From IMG/VR virus record IMGVR_UViG_3300014613_000017, positions 63,184 to 127,183 of that record: DNA of 64,000 nt; one strand, 5' to 3'. This stretch comes from a virus. Within the stretch, counting starts at the first letter, position 1, and each line of letters begins with the position of its first letter. The notes under the pieces were generated by a model that saw only the letters and a program-made list of their open reading frames with translations, made no database searches and was not told where the DNA came from. This document shows positions 1 through 9,151 of this stretch, piece after piece. The translations under genes and the position numbers were made by a program.

Positions 1-106
1 TTCCAACTAAATTAACACTTGAAACGTTAAGACCACTAACTTCAGGATTGTATTTTCTTAGCTCATTGAAAAGCTTTCTAATTGTTTGCTTATAAGTATT
101 AATCAT
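1..106 (-). CDS. hypothetical protein, N-terminal part (runs off window edge)
   Basis: ATG at 106 (minus strand) preceded by purine-rich RBS; reads MINTYKQTIRKLFNELRKYNPEVSGLNV... open to position 1. Confidence 0.6.
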   Translation of the reverse strand, partial: MINTYKQTIRKLFNELRKYNPEVSGLNVSSVNLVG

Positions 107-150
107 TCTCAATTCCCTCTTTCTAATTGGTTTATGTATTGCTTACTTTT

Positions 151-179
151 ATAATACTAAATTATAACACAAGTGTCAA
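151..179 (-). promoter_or_regulatory. sigmaA-type promoter TTGACA-17-TATTAT for the leftward gene
   Basis: Reverse complement reads TTGACA cttgtgttataatttag TATTAT. Confidence 0.6.
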
Positions 180-256
180 CATCAAATAATAAAACTTTTT
201 TGAATGGTTAGATATGTGATAAAACACTAGGAAAACATACTCTTTATAGCCCCTAT

Positions 257-263
257 TGTCGAA
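257..263 (+). promoter_or_regulatory. Spo0A box (TGTCGAA)
   Basis: Exact match to 0A-box consensus TGNCGAA in intergenic DNA about 80 bp upstream of the 151-179 promoter; a 7-mer can occur by chance. Confidence 0.35.
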
Positions 264-651
264 TAAAATGGCTCTTTTAATTTGAGTGTGAATAGGCTGC
301 TGGAATGTATCTGAGGCTTGTTAAAATGATGTTGTGAGTGAGTTAGTGTGTTATGTGAATGATTGATTGAATTATGTAATGAGTGGATATAATGAGGTTA
401 GATGTTCTATTCGAGTTGTAGTTTAAACACTGAGATAGCTGCAACTTGAATTTTTCGTGGTTCTGTTTTTTGCGAACTGTTATTTTGATTTTGAAAATTT
501 TCTTATAAGAATATCCCAGCATGAAATTTCGCTGCCTGTTATATGAAAAAGCCCAGCTCGAATTTTTGTTTGCTGTTATATGAGAATATGTAAAACCTCT
601 ATATATAAAACCCTAAAATAAGCTCGATTTTGACCTATTTTGACCTCTAAT

Positions 652-689
652 TGAGAATAATTATCACTACTAACTGATAATAATTATCA
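652..689. promoter_or_regulatory. tandem Fur-type 7-1-7 boxes
   Basis: TGAGAAT-A-ATTATCA (652-666) and perfect TGATAAT-A-ATTATCA (675-689). Confidence 0.55.
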
Positions 690-1046
690 TTTAATGCTAT
701 TTTAATATAGATTTTTTCTTATATTTCCTCTAAACGTTGATATATAGCCATTCTATGGGCTTTTCATGCTATTCTATATGCTTTTTAATAATCGCTTTAT
801 TGATCGCTTATAATACCATTGATTAATAGCCGTTTAATTAAGTAGCTTAATCATATGTATCAATGGATTAAATCGCTTTTCTATAATGCTGAAAACATGT
901 TTTATTTTGAGTTTCTTCTATTATATAGCCGTTTTTTTGTATCGTTTTATATTGGTTATTTCATTTCTTGATCTGGTTACAATGAAATCAATAAACAGTA
1001 TCATAATTAAAAGTAAAATTAATTAATAAATTATGAAACAAAACAC

Positions 1047-1074
1047 TTGCAATGTATTTCTTACATGGTATACT
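1047..1074 (+). promoter_or_regulatory. sigmaA-type early promoter (TTGCAA-16-TATACT, extended TG)
   Basis: Sequence match upstream of RBS GGAG and ATG 1112. Confidence 0.5.
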
Positions 1075-1111
1075 ATGTATAGAAAGTAAATACGAAATGG
1101 AGATGGCATAA

Positions 1112-1327
1112 ATGAATAACGTCACAAACAACTTACTTGAAATAATTGTAGAAGGATCATTAATCATTATAGGAATTCTAGTTGCAGGTTTTTCGGTTTT
1201 CATGGTAGCAGGTATTACGGTTTTAATGTTAGGAGTAACGGTTGTAAGTTTTACAATATCAGTATTAATTGCATTGATCGCCATTACAATGTTAGTAGCC
1301 TTCTTTTACATGAGATATTCATACTAA
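1112..1327 (+). CDS. small hydrophobic membrane protein
   Basis: 71 aa, almost entirely hydrophobic, RBS present. Confidence 0.7.
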   Translation: MNNVTNNLLEIIVEGSLIIIGILVAGFSVFMVAGITVLMLGVTVVSFTISVLIALIAITMLVAFFYMRYSY

Positions 1328-1365
1328 AAATAAAGTTAAAAAAAAGTAAATTATAATAATAACAG

Positions 1366-1394
1366 TTGTATAATCTTGAGTTATCGCATATAAT
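1366..1394 (+). promoter_or_regulatory. sigmaA-type early promoter (TTGTAT-17-TATAAT)
   Basis: Sequence match upstream of ORF at 1433. Confidence 0.55.
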
Positions 1395-1432
1395 GAAGTA
1401 TAACGAAAAACAAAAAGAAAGAAGGTTTTGAA

Positions 1433-1609
1433 ATGAGTAACTTCATTAAACATAGTGTAATAGTAGAATGTAAAGGAACAGGGAAAACGGTTTATATTAA
1501 ACAGTTTGACACAAAAAAAGAAGCATGGGAAAACATGAAAGAAATAGATTTCAATGATCGTACACTATATAAAAAAGGAATTAATGAGGTTAACACGCTT
1601 TTTAATTAA
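1433..1609 (+). CDS. small hypothetical early protein (58 aa)
   Basis: Translated by hand: MSNFIKHSVIVECKGTGKTVYIKQF...; RBS GAAGG; not in ORF track. Confidence 0.6.
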   Translation: MSNFIKHSVIVECKGTGKTVYIKQFDTKKEAWENMKEIDFNDRTLYKKGINEVNTLFN

Positions 1610-1639
1610 AATAAACTATAAGAAAGAAGGAATCGAAAA

Positions 1640-1852
1640 ATGAATCCTATTCAAGCTTTATACAGTATTGAAACTATGTCACATGAAGAGGTTTACAACT
1701 ATTGTCACTATGTAAATAAAGAAGTAGCGAAAAACATTGTAAAATACTTTGACGGAAAATTTCAAGATATTAAAATGTTATCAGATGAAATGATCCAACT
1801 TGAAAACAGTATTCAAGATAAAATTAAAATTATGAAAGAATCGTTTGAATAA
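1640..1852 (+). CDS. small hypothetical early protein
   Basis: 70 aa ORF with RBS AAGGA. Confidence 0.65.
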   Translation: MNPIQALYSIETMSHEEVYNYCHYVNKEVAKNIVKYFDGKFQDIKMLSDEMIQLENSIQDKIKIMKESFE

Positions 1853-1892
1853 TAAATAATAAAAATACTATTTTAATGGAGGAATTATAAAA

Positions 1893-2045
1893 ATGAATTA
1901 TTATGATATTGAAGTTACTTTTAACAATGGACAAAAAGAAACGTATGTAGAACAAGCAGAAACATCTTTTGAGGCAATTAAAAACTTTCTAAACAGCTCA
2001 AAAGGTGCTATAAAAGAAAATATACAAGCTATTGAAATCATTTAA
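1893..2045 (+). CDS. small hypothetical early protein (50 aa)
   Basis: Translated by hand: MNYYDIEVTFNNGQKETYVEQAET...; RBS GGAGG. Confidence 0.65.
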   Translation: MNYYDIEVTFNNGQKETYVEQAETSFEAIKNFLNSSKGAIKENIQAIEII

Positions 2046-2110
2046 TAAAATACATCTTTTACAGTCTAAAAAATAAATCAAATTTAATTAATAAATTATG
2101 AATAAAACTC

Positions 2111-2139
2111 TTTACATCTGAATATAATGGTATTATAAT
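2111..2139 (+). promoter_or_regulatory. sigmaA-type promoter (TTTACA-17-TATAAT) upstream of ardA
   Basis: Sequence match. Confidence 0.6.
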
Positions 2140-2189
2140 AAAGAGTATCAAGTAGTAAAAAAATTATAAACAAAAGGGAGATCGACAAA

Positions 2190-2729
2190 ATGACAAATCA
2201 ACTTTACATTGCTAACCTAGGGAAATACAATGAAGGAATTTTACAAGGTGAATGGTTTACATTTCCAATTGATATGGATGAAGTAGCTGAAGTTATCGGA
2301 TTAAATTCACAATATGAGGAATGGGCTATACATGATTATGAGTTTGATTTCCCTTTAAGTATTGGTGAAAATGTAAACATTGACAACTTAAATGAATTCA
2401 TTGAAGAAATAGAAAATAACCGTGGTTTATCTGAATTGTTTGAGGTTATGCAAAAGGATCAGTACAATACAGATCGCATAGCTGAAATTGCAATTAGTGT
2501 AATACCTGAACATGATATAGTTCATGATGATTCAGTAAATGCAATGGTTAAAAATATGATTGATGATAGCGGTTATGAAAGTGTAAAAAACTTCTTATAT
2601 AATGCTAATTCTAATAGTGTATACCATATTATTGACGGCTATGGAAATCTTGAAAGATTGACGGTTGAATATCTTGAAAACCTTGTAAGCGAATATATAG
2701 ATGAATTGAAACAAGGCTATAGATTCTAA
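2190..2729 (+). CDS. ardA: antirestriction protein ArdA (DNA mimic)
   Basis: Typical ArdA N-terminus YIANLGKYNEGILQGEWFTFP...EEWAIHDYE, C-terminal IDGYGNL, very acidic. Confidence 0.85.
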   Translation: MTNQLYIANLGKYNEGILQGEWFTFPIDMDEVAEVIGLNSQYEEWAIHDYEFDFPLSIGENVNIDNLNEFIEEIENNRGLSELFEVMQKDQYNTDRIAEIAISVIPEHDIVHDDSVNAMVKNMIDDSGYESVKNFLYNANSNSVYHIIDGYGNLERLTVEYLENLVSEYIDELKQGYRF

Positions 2730-2817
2730 TTTTTAATTGATCGCTACACTAATAATAAATTATAAAATTAGTGTAGTATTGAATTAAAAATAAATCAACA
2801 AAAGGGGAAAAATAAAA

Positions 2818-3345
2818 ATGACAGCAAATACAGGTATTGAGGTAAAAGGCTATAACTTACTAAGTAATTTAGAAGATGAGGAAGACGCTTTAAATTCTTT
2901 TGTAAATGAGTATAGCGAATCAACCTATGTAGGTGACGCAATTTCAGAAATTGGAGATAGTTTCATTCCCATCTATACTAATGACGTATGGAAAGATGCA
3001 GAAAATATTCAAGAATATATTGAAGAAGCAATATCAAGTGGATTAGCACCAACTGATGGAAATAATTTAGACTTAGTAAGAATATTTCAAGCAGGTTATT
3101 ATCAGTATTATACACAAAGTCTATATGACAACTTAGATTCAATGGCATTTAATATTATAGCTAACAAAGTAAATGAATATTTAAACAGTGTAGAAGAAAT
3201 TAATCTTGATGTATCAGCTATTGAAGAAGCAATAGAAAATTTAACTAATAACTATGATAATAATAATCGTTTTGATGATTTAGAAGACAAAGCAAATGAA
3301 ATTATTGGAGCAATTAAAGAAGGTGAATACACGGAAAACGAATAA
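2818..3345 (+). CDS. acidic Ocr-like (T7 gp0.3-like) DNA mimic candidate
   Basis: Core DAISEIGDSFIPIYTNDVW...SGLAP...DLVRIFQAGYYQYYTQSLYDN resembles the T7 Ocr core as recalled from memory; very acidic. Confidence 0.6.
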   Translation: MTANTGIEVKGYNLLSNLEDEEDALNSFVNEYSESTYVGDAISEIGDSFIPIYTNDVWKDAENIQEYIEEAISSGLAPTDGNNLDLVRIFQAGYYQYYTQSLYDNLDSMAFNIIANKVNEYLNSVEEINLDVSAIEEAIENLTNNYDNNNRFDDLEDKANEIIGAIKEGEYTENE

Positions 3346-3504
3346 AACTTTTTGAATCAAAACAAGGGAAATAATAAACTATAATATGTAGTCATTTCCC
3401 TTGTGATTGATTTAAAAATTTCAAATAGCCAAAAAGCAGCATATTAATTGTGTGAATTTTTGACACAATTTAAACTAAACTAATCAGAAAAGGAATGATC
3501 TGAA

Positions 3505-3621
3505 ATGGATAAAATGACATTAAAAGAAAGAATAAGACACGAATGGAATGATATTAAATGGCTTGTAATGATTATTATGAGCTTATACGCTTATATTCTT
3601 AAATTGCTGTATGTCGGTTGA
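3505..3621 (+). CDS. small membrane-anchored peptide (38 aa)
   Basis: MDKMTLKERIRHEWNDIKWLVMIIMSLYAYILKLLYVG; RBS AAGGA. Confidence 0.5.
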   Translation: MDKMTLKERIRHEWNDIKWLVMIIMSLYAYILKLLYVG

Positions 3622-3671
3622 TCTGATTAATTACAATAGAATACATACCATAAAGGAGATGAAATAATTAT

Positions 3672-3869
3672 ATGATAGTTGTATCAAGTGAAAAAAAGGA
3701 AATAATGAGTATATTGTGGATTGCTCGGAATAGTAGCGTAAAGAATGAAAGGGAAAAAATAGAGGATGAAAAAGGAATAGCCGATAAGGTAACTGTTAAT
3801 GTAGAAGGCGATAGTTTGAAAATGGACTATTTGAATAGTGATGAAAGAATATATGTGATTAAGACGTAA
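3672..3869 (+). CDS. small hypothetical early protein
   Basis: 65 aa, RBS AAGGAG. Confidence 0.6.
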   Translation: MIVVSSEKKEIMSILWIARNSSVKNEREKIEDEKGIADKVTVNVEGDSLKMDYLNSDERIYVIKT

Positions 3870-3890
3870 GACTAAACTATAAGAAAAGGA

Positions 3891-4145
3891 ATGATAAAAA
3901 TGACTTATAAACAATCAACACCCATGCAATGGATTACATTCTATTATAATGGAAATGATCCTGATAAAGTGAAACAAACAAAAGAAAGAAATATACAAAT
4001 GACTAAAAAGATCAGATATTCAAATGTAATTGAAGAAATACAAGAGGAACAACTTGAAGTATTGTCTGATACTGATAAGCATATTGTAGGAATGTCAAAA
4101 GATGGATTGATAATCATGTTTGAGAATAATGTAAGTAAACTATAA
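3891..4145 (+). CDS. small hypothetical early protein (likely start 3900)
   Basis: ORF with RBS AAGGA. Confidence 0.6.
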   Translation: MIKMTYKQSTPMQWITFYYNGNDPDKVKQTKERNIQMTKKIRYSNVIEEIQEEQLEVLSDTDKHIVGMSKDGLIIMFENNVSKL

Positions 4146-4165
4146 AAGAAAAGGAATGATAAACC

Positions 4166-4489
4166 ATGAATGATATTAAGCTACATTTTAATACAGATCA
4201 GAAAGTATACACTAATAAAGAATTGAATGAGTCACAAAAGAAACATTTTATAATGCTGAATGAACTGATACAACTTGATAAACTTAATGACAATCAGGTT
4301 GATACACTTATTAATGATTATGACAATGTTCTTATTAAAACATTCATGCAAGATAGTTATTTCCATAATGGATACGCTATGTGTAAAGTATATATTGATT
4401 ATTGCTATAGTAAGCCTATTGATGTGTATGTAAGTGTAAAGAAGTTGCATGAGTTGATGAGTAATAAAGAAGTTGCCGTTTATGTGTAG
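4166..4489 (+). CDS. hypothetical early protein
   Basis: 107 aa, RBS AAGGA. Confidence 0.65.
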   Translation: MNDIKLHFNTDQKVYTNKELNESQKKHFIMLNELIQLDKLNDNQVDTLINDYDNVLIKTFMQDSYFHNGYAMCKVYIDYCYSKPIDVYVSVKKLHELMSNKEVAVYV

Positions 4490-4553
4490 TATCTTAATGA
4501 ATGGCATGTATGATCTGAATGAATGATACAATACATTATAAGAGGTGAAAGAG

Positions 4554-4724
4554 TTGGATAATGAACAATTGCAACTATTAATAGATAAGATTGACGCTGA
4601 ACAAGATAGGCTCGTTGAAGTTGCAGAACAACAAGAATACAACAACAATGAAGAGTATAGAACGGCAGGAAAGATTGAAGGAATGGAACAAGTTAGAATA
4701 TGGCTACAAGAATACTTGAAATGA
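4554..4724 (+). CDS. small acidic hypothetical protein (56 aa, TTG start)
   Basis: Translated by hand: LDNEQLQLLIDKIDAEQDRLVEVAE...; RBS GAGGTG. Confidence 0.55.
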   Translation: MDNEQLQLLIDKIDAEQDRLVEVAEQQEYNNNEEYRTAGKIEGMEQVRIWLQEYLK

Positions 4725-5072
4725 ATAATAATGAAACGTGTGCCATTTAATTATGGTATGCGTTTTTTGTTGTCTTGTATTGTGTGAATGAATGGATATG
4801 TATTGTATTAGAATGAATGGGTATGAGTTGTAAGTATCGTATAGCGTATCGTATGTGATCCATTGTGAATGAGTTGGAATGATTAAAATTGAAATGGGCA
4901 AAAAGCTGCATATGTAGTATTGATAACTATGTGTAGTTTTGCTGATGTGGTATGATGTTATATATTATAGTTGATTATAGTTACGTTTAATCTGTTCTAT
5001 TATAGGTATAACAGTTTAACTAGTATTGAGTATTGTATTGAGTATGATAATAAGTATGATAATAAATTATAA

Positions 5073-5088
5073 TGTTTCACGTGAAACA
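5073..5088. other. parS: parS centromere site (Spo0J/ParB binding palindrome)
   Basis: TGTTTCACGTGAAACA, perfect 16-bp palindrome identical to the chromosomal parS consensus. Confidence 0.8.
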
Positions 5089-5826
5089 ATTTTAATAATA
5101 TGATTTTTGATGTATAGTATATATAGTTAACTTATTATATGTAAGTCAGTTACTAATAGTAATACGGTTACTAAAAGTAAGTAAGTCGTTGAGATTGATT
5201 TCCTTGTTATAAGACGAAAAAATTCCTCACGTATGAGAATATAGTCACATGATACAATTAAAAAATTTTTCCGATATGCTGATTATTATATAATGATCTG
5301 AACAATATAAGCTGATTAATTCTAATCGTATATCATAATAAAACGGGAACTTTATTGTCTTATATATGAGCATAGTATCATAATGAATATTATAATACCT
5401 TTTAAAATGCTTATATATCAACGTTTATAGGATACGGGGGGTTGGTTTCAGATACATAGATTGCAGCATGGTGATGTGACGGGCTACCACCTTATATCAC
5501 ATACTCAACTTATTTTGAAATAGGACTATTTTATCCAATTAATACCAATTTAATTACATATAATACAATAGTCCTATTCGGCTTATTTCATGCTTCAATA
5601 ATGTATTCGTAATCTGTCTCGGAACGTTGCGAGTGAGACCCCTATTTCCCTATCTTTTACTTGTCTCCAATTACCCATTTTCCTCTCTATAATCACAATA
5701 TTCCACTCTGCACACTCATTTAACTCCCAATTTTCCCACTTCCAACCGAGATAATCATTCCCAATAAAAATAGAGAGGCAACAAATCACCTCTCCAATCA
5801 GCTCATATTCCCCTATTATCCATACT

Positions 5827-7560
5827 TCATCCATTAATAATCTTAATCTTATTCTTAACTCCCTCGAAGCCATTTTTCAAGTCACTCGGATACAAATATA
5901 TAGTCGAGTAGGATTTCAGCTCTTCATACAATTTCATTTTCTCATGAGTAGATTCAATATAGCTGCTGATAATCTCATTGTTTTTCTGACTTTCTATATA
6001 CATCCCCAAATATTCAATAATCCACACTCCATTTTCACTCAATACAAACCAATCAGGTCTCTTTCCTTTTAGGCTCACAACTTGATCGCTATTATTATAA
6101 TTATAAATCACATTCTTCAAGTTTTCACGCAGCACACCATCTACTTGTTCTTCTTCAATTGAATCAAAGTTGTTTCTATATCTACCTATCTCAAAGTCTG
6201 TTTCATCAAATTGGTCAGGATACAATTCATTAAACCACTCATATATATTTCCATTCTTATTGTTTACAATGTAATTCCATAAAGAAGGTGCAATGCTTCT
6301 TAATGATGATTTGGTTACATATAGTGGTATCTTCTCTATCTGCACCTTCATATCATTTTCAACAAGGAATCTTAAATCACTCAATACATTATTCCTATTC
6401 CATTTATAGTAGTTGCCTATATTCCTGAATTGGTATCCAGCATACTTTCCATCCCAATAATAAACAAAGAAACCACAGAGTCCTCCTAGTTGTCTTTCAA
6501 CAGACCTAATACCAGATTTAACAATTATCTTTTGGTAGTCAAAATCAAACGGATTATTAATTACAATATTATATTCTCTCAGGTAATTATCAAAATTTAT
6601 CTTGGCAATCTCTGGTGTAATGCTCTGTGATCCAATGGTATAACTAGGATACTTCCAGTTTTCATAAAAGAAGTTATCTCCGAAAAGAATCCTATACACG
6701 TCATCAATCTTACTCACACCATATTTCAAATAATCTAATCTTAATTTATTTTGCAGTAATTCATGATTCAGATTGCTCTCATTAACAGCCTTTCTAGCGT
6801 GAAGGTCTTTTATAATGAGAGTGAAATTTTCCATAGTATACATCCACTTAGGCAGACGTTTAAAGTCTTTCTTCAAATAGCCAATATACATTCCCAATAC
6901 ATCTTGTTTTAGATGGAATTCTATATACTCTTCAGCGTCATTCCTGACTAAGTAATTAAAATAATCATCATTGCTTTTGAATTTATAATTCTTACCTTGT
7001 CTACATCTTATGCATTGTGTATCCATATTGTTATAGAAGAAAACATCTGTAAGAGGGTAATTTCTCATACATTTAGAACATCTTTTGCCTGATACTATTG
7101 GATTCTCTGTTAAAGCTTGATTAATTACCATTATAGTCGCTTTATCATAATTTACTATTTCATCTAACTTGAATTGTTTTGTGTCATATTCCACTTCATA
7201 TAGCAGGGCTACGCCTAAGTATTCATGAAGCTTATTCTGTGATTGTCTCTGCTTTAAGCTTAGTCTAACTGCTTGGGTATTATTAGATAAAATTCTACCA
7301 AGCTCATTAGTCTCAATACAGTTAGAATTCTGCTTATTATTTCCACCAGTGATTCTTCCATAGTCTACATTTAGTTTCAGCAGAAATTTCTTATCTGCGT
7401 TTTTCATTATAGTGTCTGACGCTTGCTCTCTCAATAACAGCTTCTTTGCAACATAGCTAATAGGTAAATACTTATCTCCCTCAAAACATATCAATGGAAT
7501 CTTAACTCCACCTATTTCAATGATCTCTTGATAATAATCCATAGTAGTACCTTTTTTCAT
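5827..7560 (-). CDS. putative endonuclease: central CxxC Zn motifs, C-terminal PD-(D/E)xK-like domain
   Basis: CSKC...CIRC; C-terminal RPDWFV...IIEYLGMY, resembling the C-terminus of 23652-25007. Confidence 0.55.
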   Translation of the reverse strand: MKKGTTMDYYQEIIEIGGVKIPLICFEGDKYLPISYVAKKLLLREQASDTIMKNADKKFLLKLNVDYGRITGGNNKQNSNCIETNELGRILSNNTQAVRLSLKQRQSQNKLHEYLGVALLYEVEYDTKQFKLDEIVNYDKATIMVINQALTENPIVSGKRCSKCMRNYPLTDVFFYNNMDTQCIRCRQGKNYKFKSNDDYFNYLVRNDAEEYIEFHLKQDVLGMYIGYLKKDFKRLPKWMYTMENFTLIIKDLHARKAVNESNLNHELLQNKLRLDYLKYGVSKIDDVYRILFGDNFFYENWKYPSYTIGSQSITPEIAKINFDNYLREYNIVINNPFDFDYQKIIVKSGIRSVERQLGGLCGFFVYYWDGKYAGYQFRNIGNYYKWNRNNVLSDLRFLVENDMKVQIEKIPLYVTKSSLRSIAPSLWNYIVNNKNGNIYEWFNELYPDQFDETDFEIGRYRNNFDSIEEEQVDGVLRENLKNVIYNYNNSDQVVSLKGKRPDWFVLSENGVWIIEYLGMYIESQKNNEIISSYIESTHEKMKLYEELKSYSTIYLYPSDLKNGFEGVKNKIKIING

Positions 7561-8217
7561 ATGGGAAACCTACTCCTCGTATTCAATTAATTTTTTGCAT
7601 CCTCTTAATAAAACAGAGGAGCAAAATATCCCATATATTACTAACTATATACAGATTTTCAGTTTTTATCAATAGTAATTGTGAATAATTATAATTTATT
7701 TTTAATTCATTTCATTTTCAATCCACATCCAACCTAACCTCACATTCAATCATATTTAATTGCCAAATAGCTCCTCAGCGTTCCAAACTACCCTCTACCA
7801 TACTAAACCATTACCTCACCTTATCTCTCCTCTGAGAGCTTAATTCTAATTAAAACTAATTTCATTGTTCGCATCTCACATACAGGGGGGATATATTTCA
7901 GATAATCGAAAAAGGATGTCACCATAGACACCCTATCCTCAATTTGACTATTCAATTTTCATTAGCTCAAGTTTCAGCTTCATCTCATCTGCACATCAAC
8001 TTACCTCTTAGATAGCATTCTCTAATTAGAATCAGTTGATTAAATCCATTCTAATATCACACATGACAATTTATACCTTAAATTTTAGAATCAGTTTTAG
8101 CAACGCTCTCGATTTACACAGAGGCATGTCAATAATTCTGATTTACCTATTCTCGTATTAGGTAGTAAAAAGTGTCAAAATTTAATCTCAATCCAATCCC
8201 AAATAATAAAAATCTCC

Positions 8218-8335
8218 AAAAGGTTACGTTTTCGTCACTCTATAATAAATCTATTTATTAATTATATATATTATTATTATAATTCATTTATTATAGTGGT
8301 ACTAAAACGTAACCTGTTTAAAAGGTTACTATTTT
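8218..8335. repeat. origin-like 30-bp imperfect inverted repeat around an AT-rich spacer, plus a third partial copy
   Basis: Arms 8221-8250 and 8286-8315; third AAAAGGTTAC core at 8320-8329. Confidence 0.6.
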
Positions 8336-8365
8336 GTACATACCCTAAAGTCCTATATAATTCAT

Positions 8366-9124
8366 CTAAGCAATGGAATACCAATTAACTTCACCTTGCT
8401 TCTTCACATTCTGACTCTTCTTCACTAGTCCTACATCAACTAACAATCCCACTGTATCATTAATCTTACGTCTATCCCATCCAGTCATTTCAACCAGTGT
8501 CTTAGTAGCACATTGGAATGTATCTGCCTTACTATAGTATTTATTCTTCTCACTCAACATCAATAATAATCCATACATATAGACTGCTGCACAGTTCATC
8601 TTCTTATCAACTGTACAGGCTACGAGTATCTCACCACGCATCATATGGCTGTTACTTGGATTCCAAAACAGTCCATCTTCTTCTTCATTCCCAATTGACT
8701 TCAATGGAGCTTTCACTAATACGTTAACAGAATTAAACTTGTTCAACATTGCTCTACTCTCTTTATCATAATCAGCTAACATCGTATAGCTCATTTGCTT
8801 ATCCTCATTCATGTGCCACAGAATAGGATAGTCAGATACACTAGAGGAATACTCTTTCTGATCCATCAATCCATTCTTCTTGATAATGTAGTTCAGTCTT
8901 TTCTCTGCTGGGTTATATCCTAACAACTTCTTAATATCACCTAGCGTATATCCATGCTCACCATACTTAGCATAATTCCACAAGTAAGCAATCATCCAAT
9001 AGAAACAGTAAATAAACTCTTGGTGATGGGGAGATTTTAACTCCCCTACCTCAAGCCAATTTTTCATGTCGCTAAATATTTCATTAGGCATAGCTACTGG
9101 TCTTTCATAATGTTTTTCGGTCAT
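8366..9124 (-). CDS. putative replication initiator / winged-helix DNA-binding protein
   Basis: C-terminal wHTH-like segment TKTLVEMTGWDRRKINDTVGLLVDVGLV; lies between helicase and origin-like repeat. Confidence 0.45.
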   Translation of the reverse strand: MTEKHYERPVAMPNEIFSDMKNWLEVGELKSPHHQEFIYCFYWMIAYLWNYAKYGEHGYTLGDIKKLLGYNPAEKRLNYIIKKNGLMDQKEYSSSVSDYPILWHMNEDKQMSYTMLADYDKESRAMLNKFNSVNVLVKAPLKSIGNEEEDGLFWNPSNSHMMRGEILVACTVDKKMNCAAVYMYGLLLMLSEKNKYYSKADTFQCATKTLVEMTGWDRRKINDTVGLLVDVGLVKKSQNVKKQGEVNWYSIA

Positions 9125-9151
9125 ATGGTAATTACCAACTTTCGATATCTA

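Noticed and set aside
4800-5400. Simple ATG/GTAT-rich low-complexity tract as a regular repeat array
   Set aside because: No fixed period or conserved unit; only the parS palindrome and motif copies within it are reported.
5595-5873. 92-aa minus-strand ORF
   Set aside because: Overlaps the 3' end of the 577-aa gene in another frame and reads through low-complexity sequence; no convincing start context.
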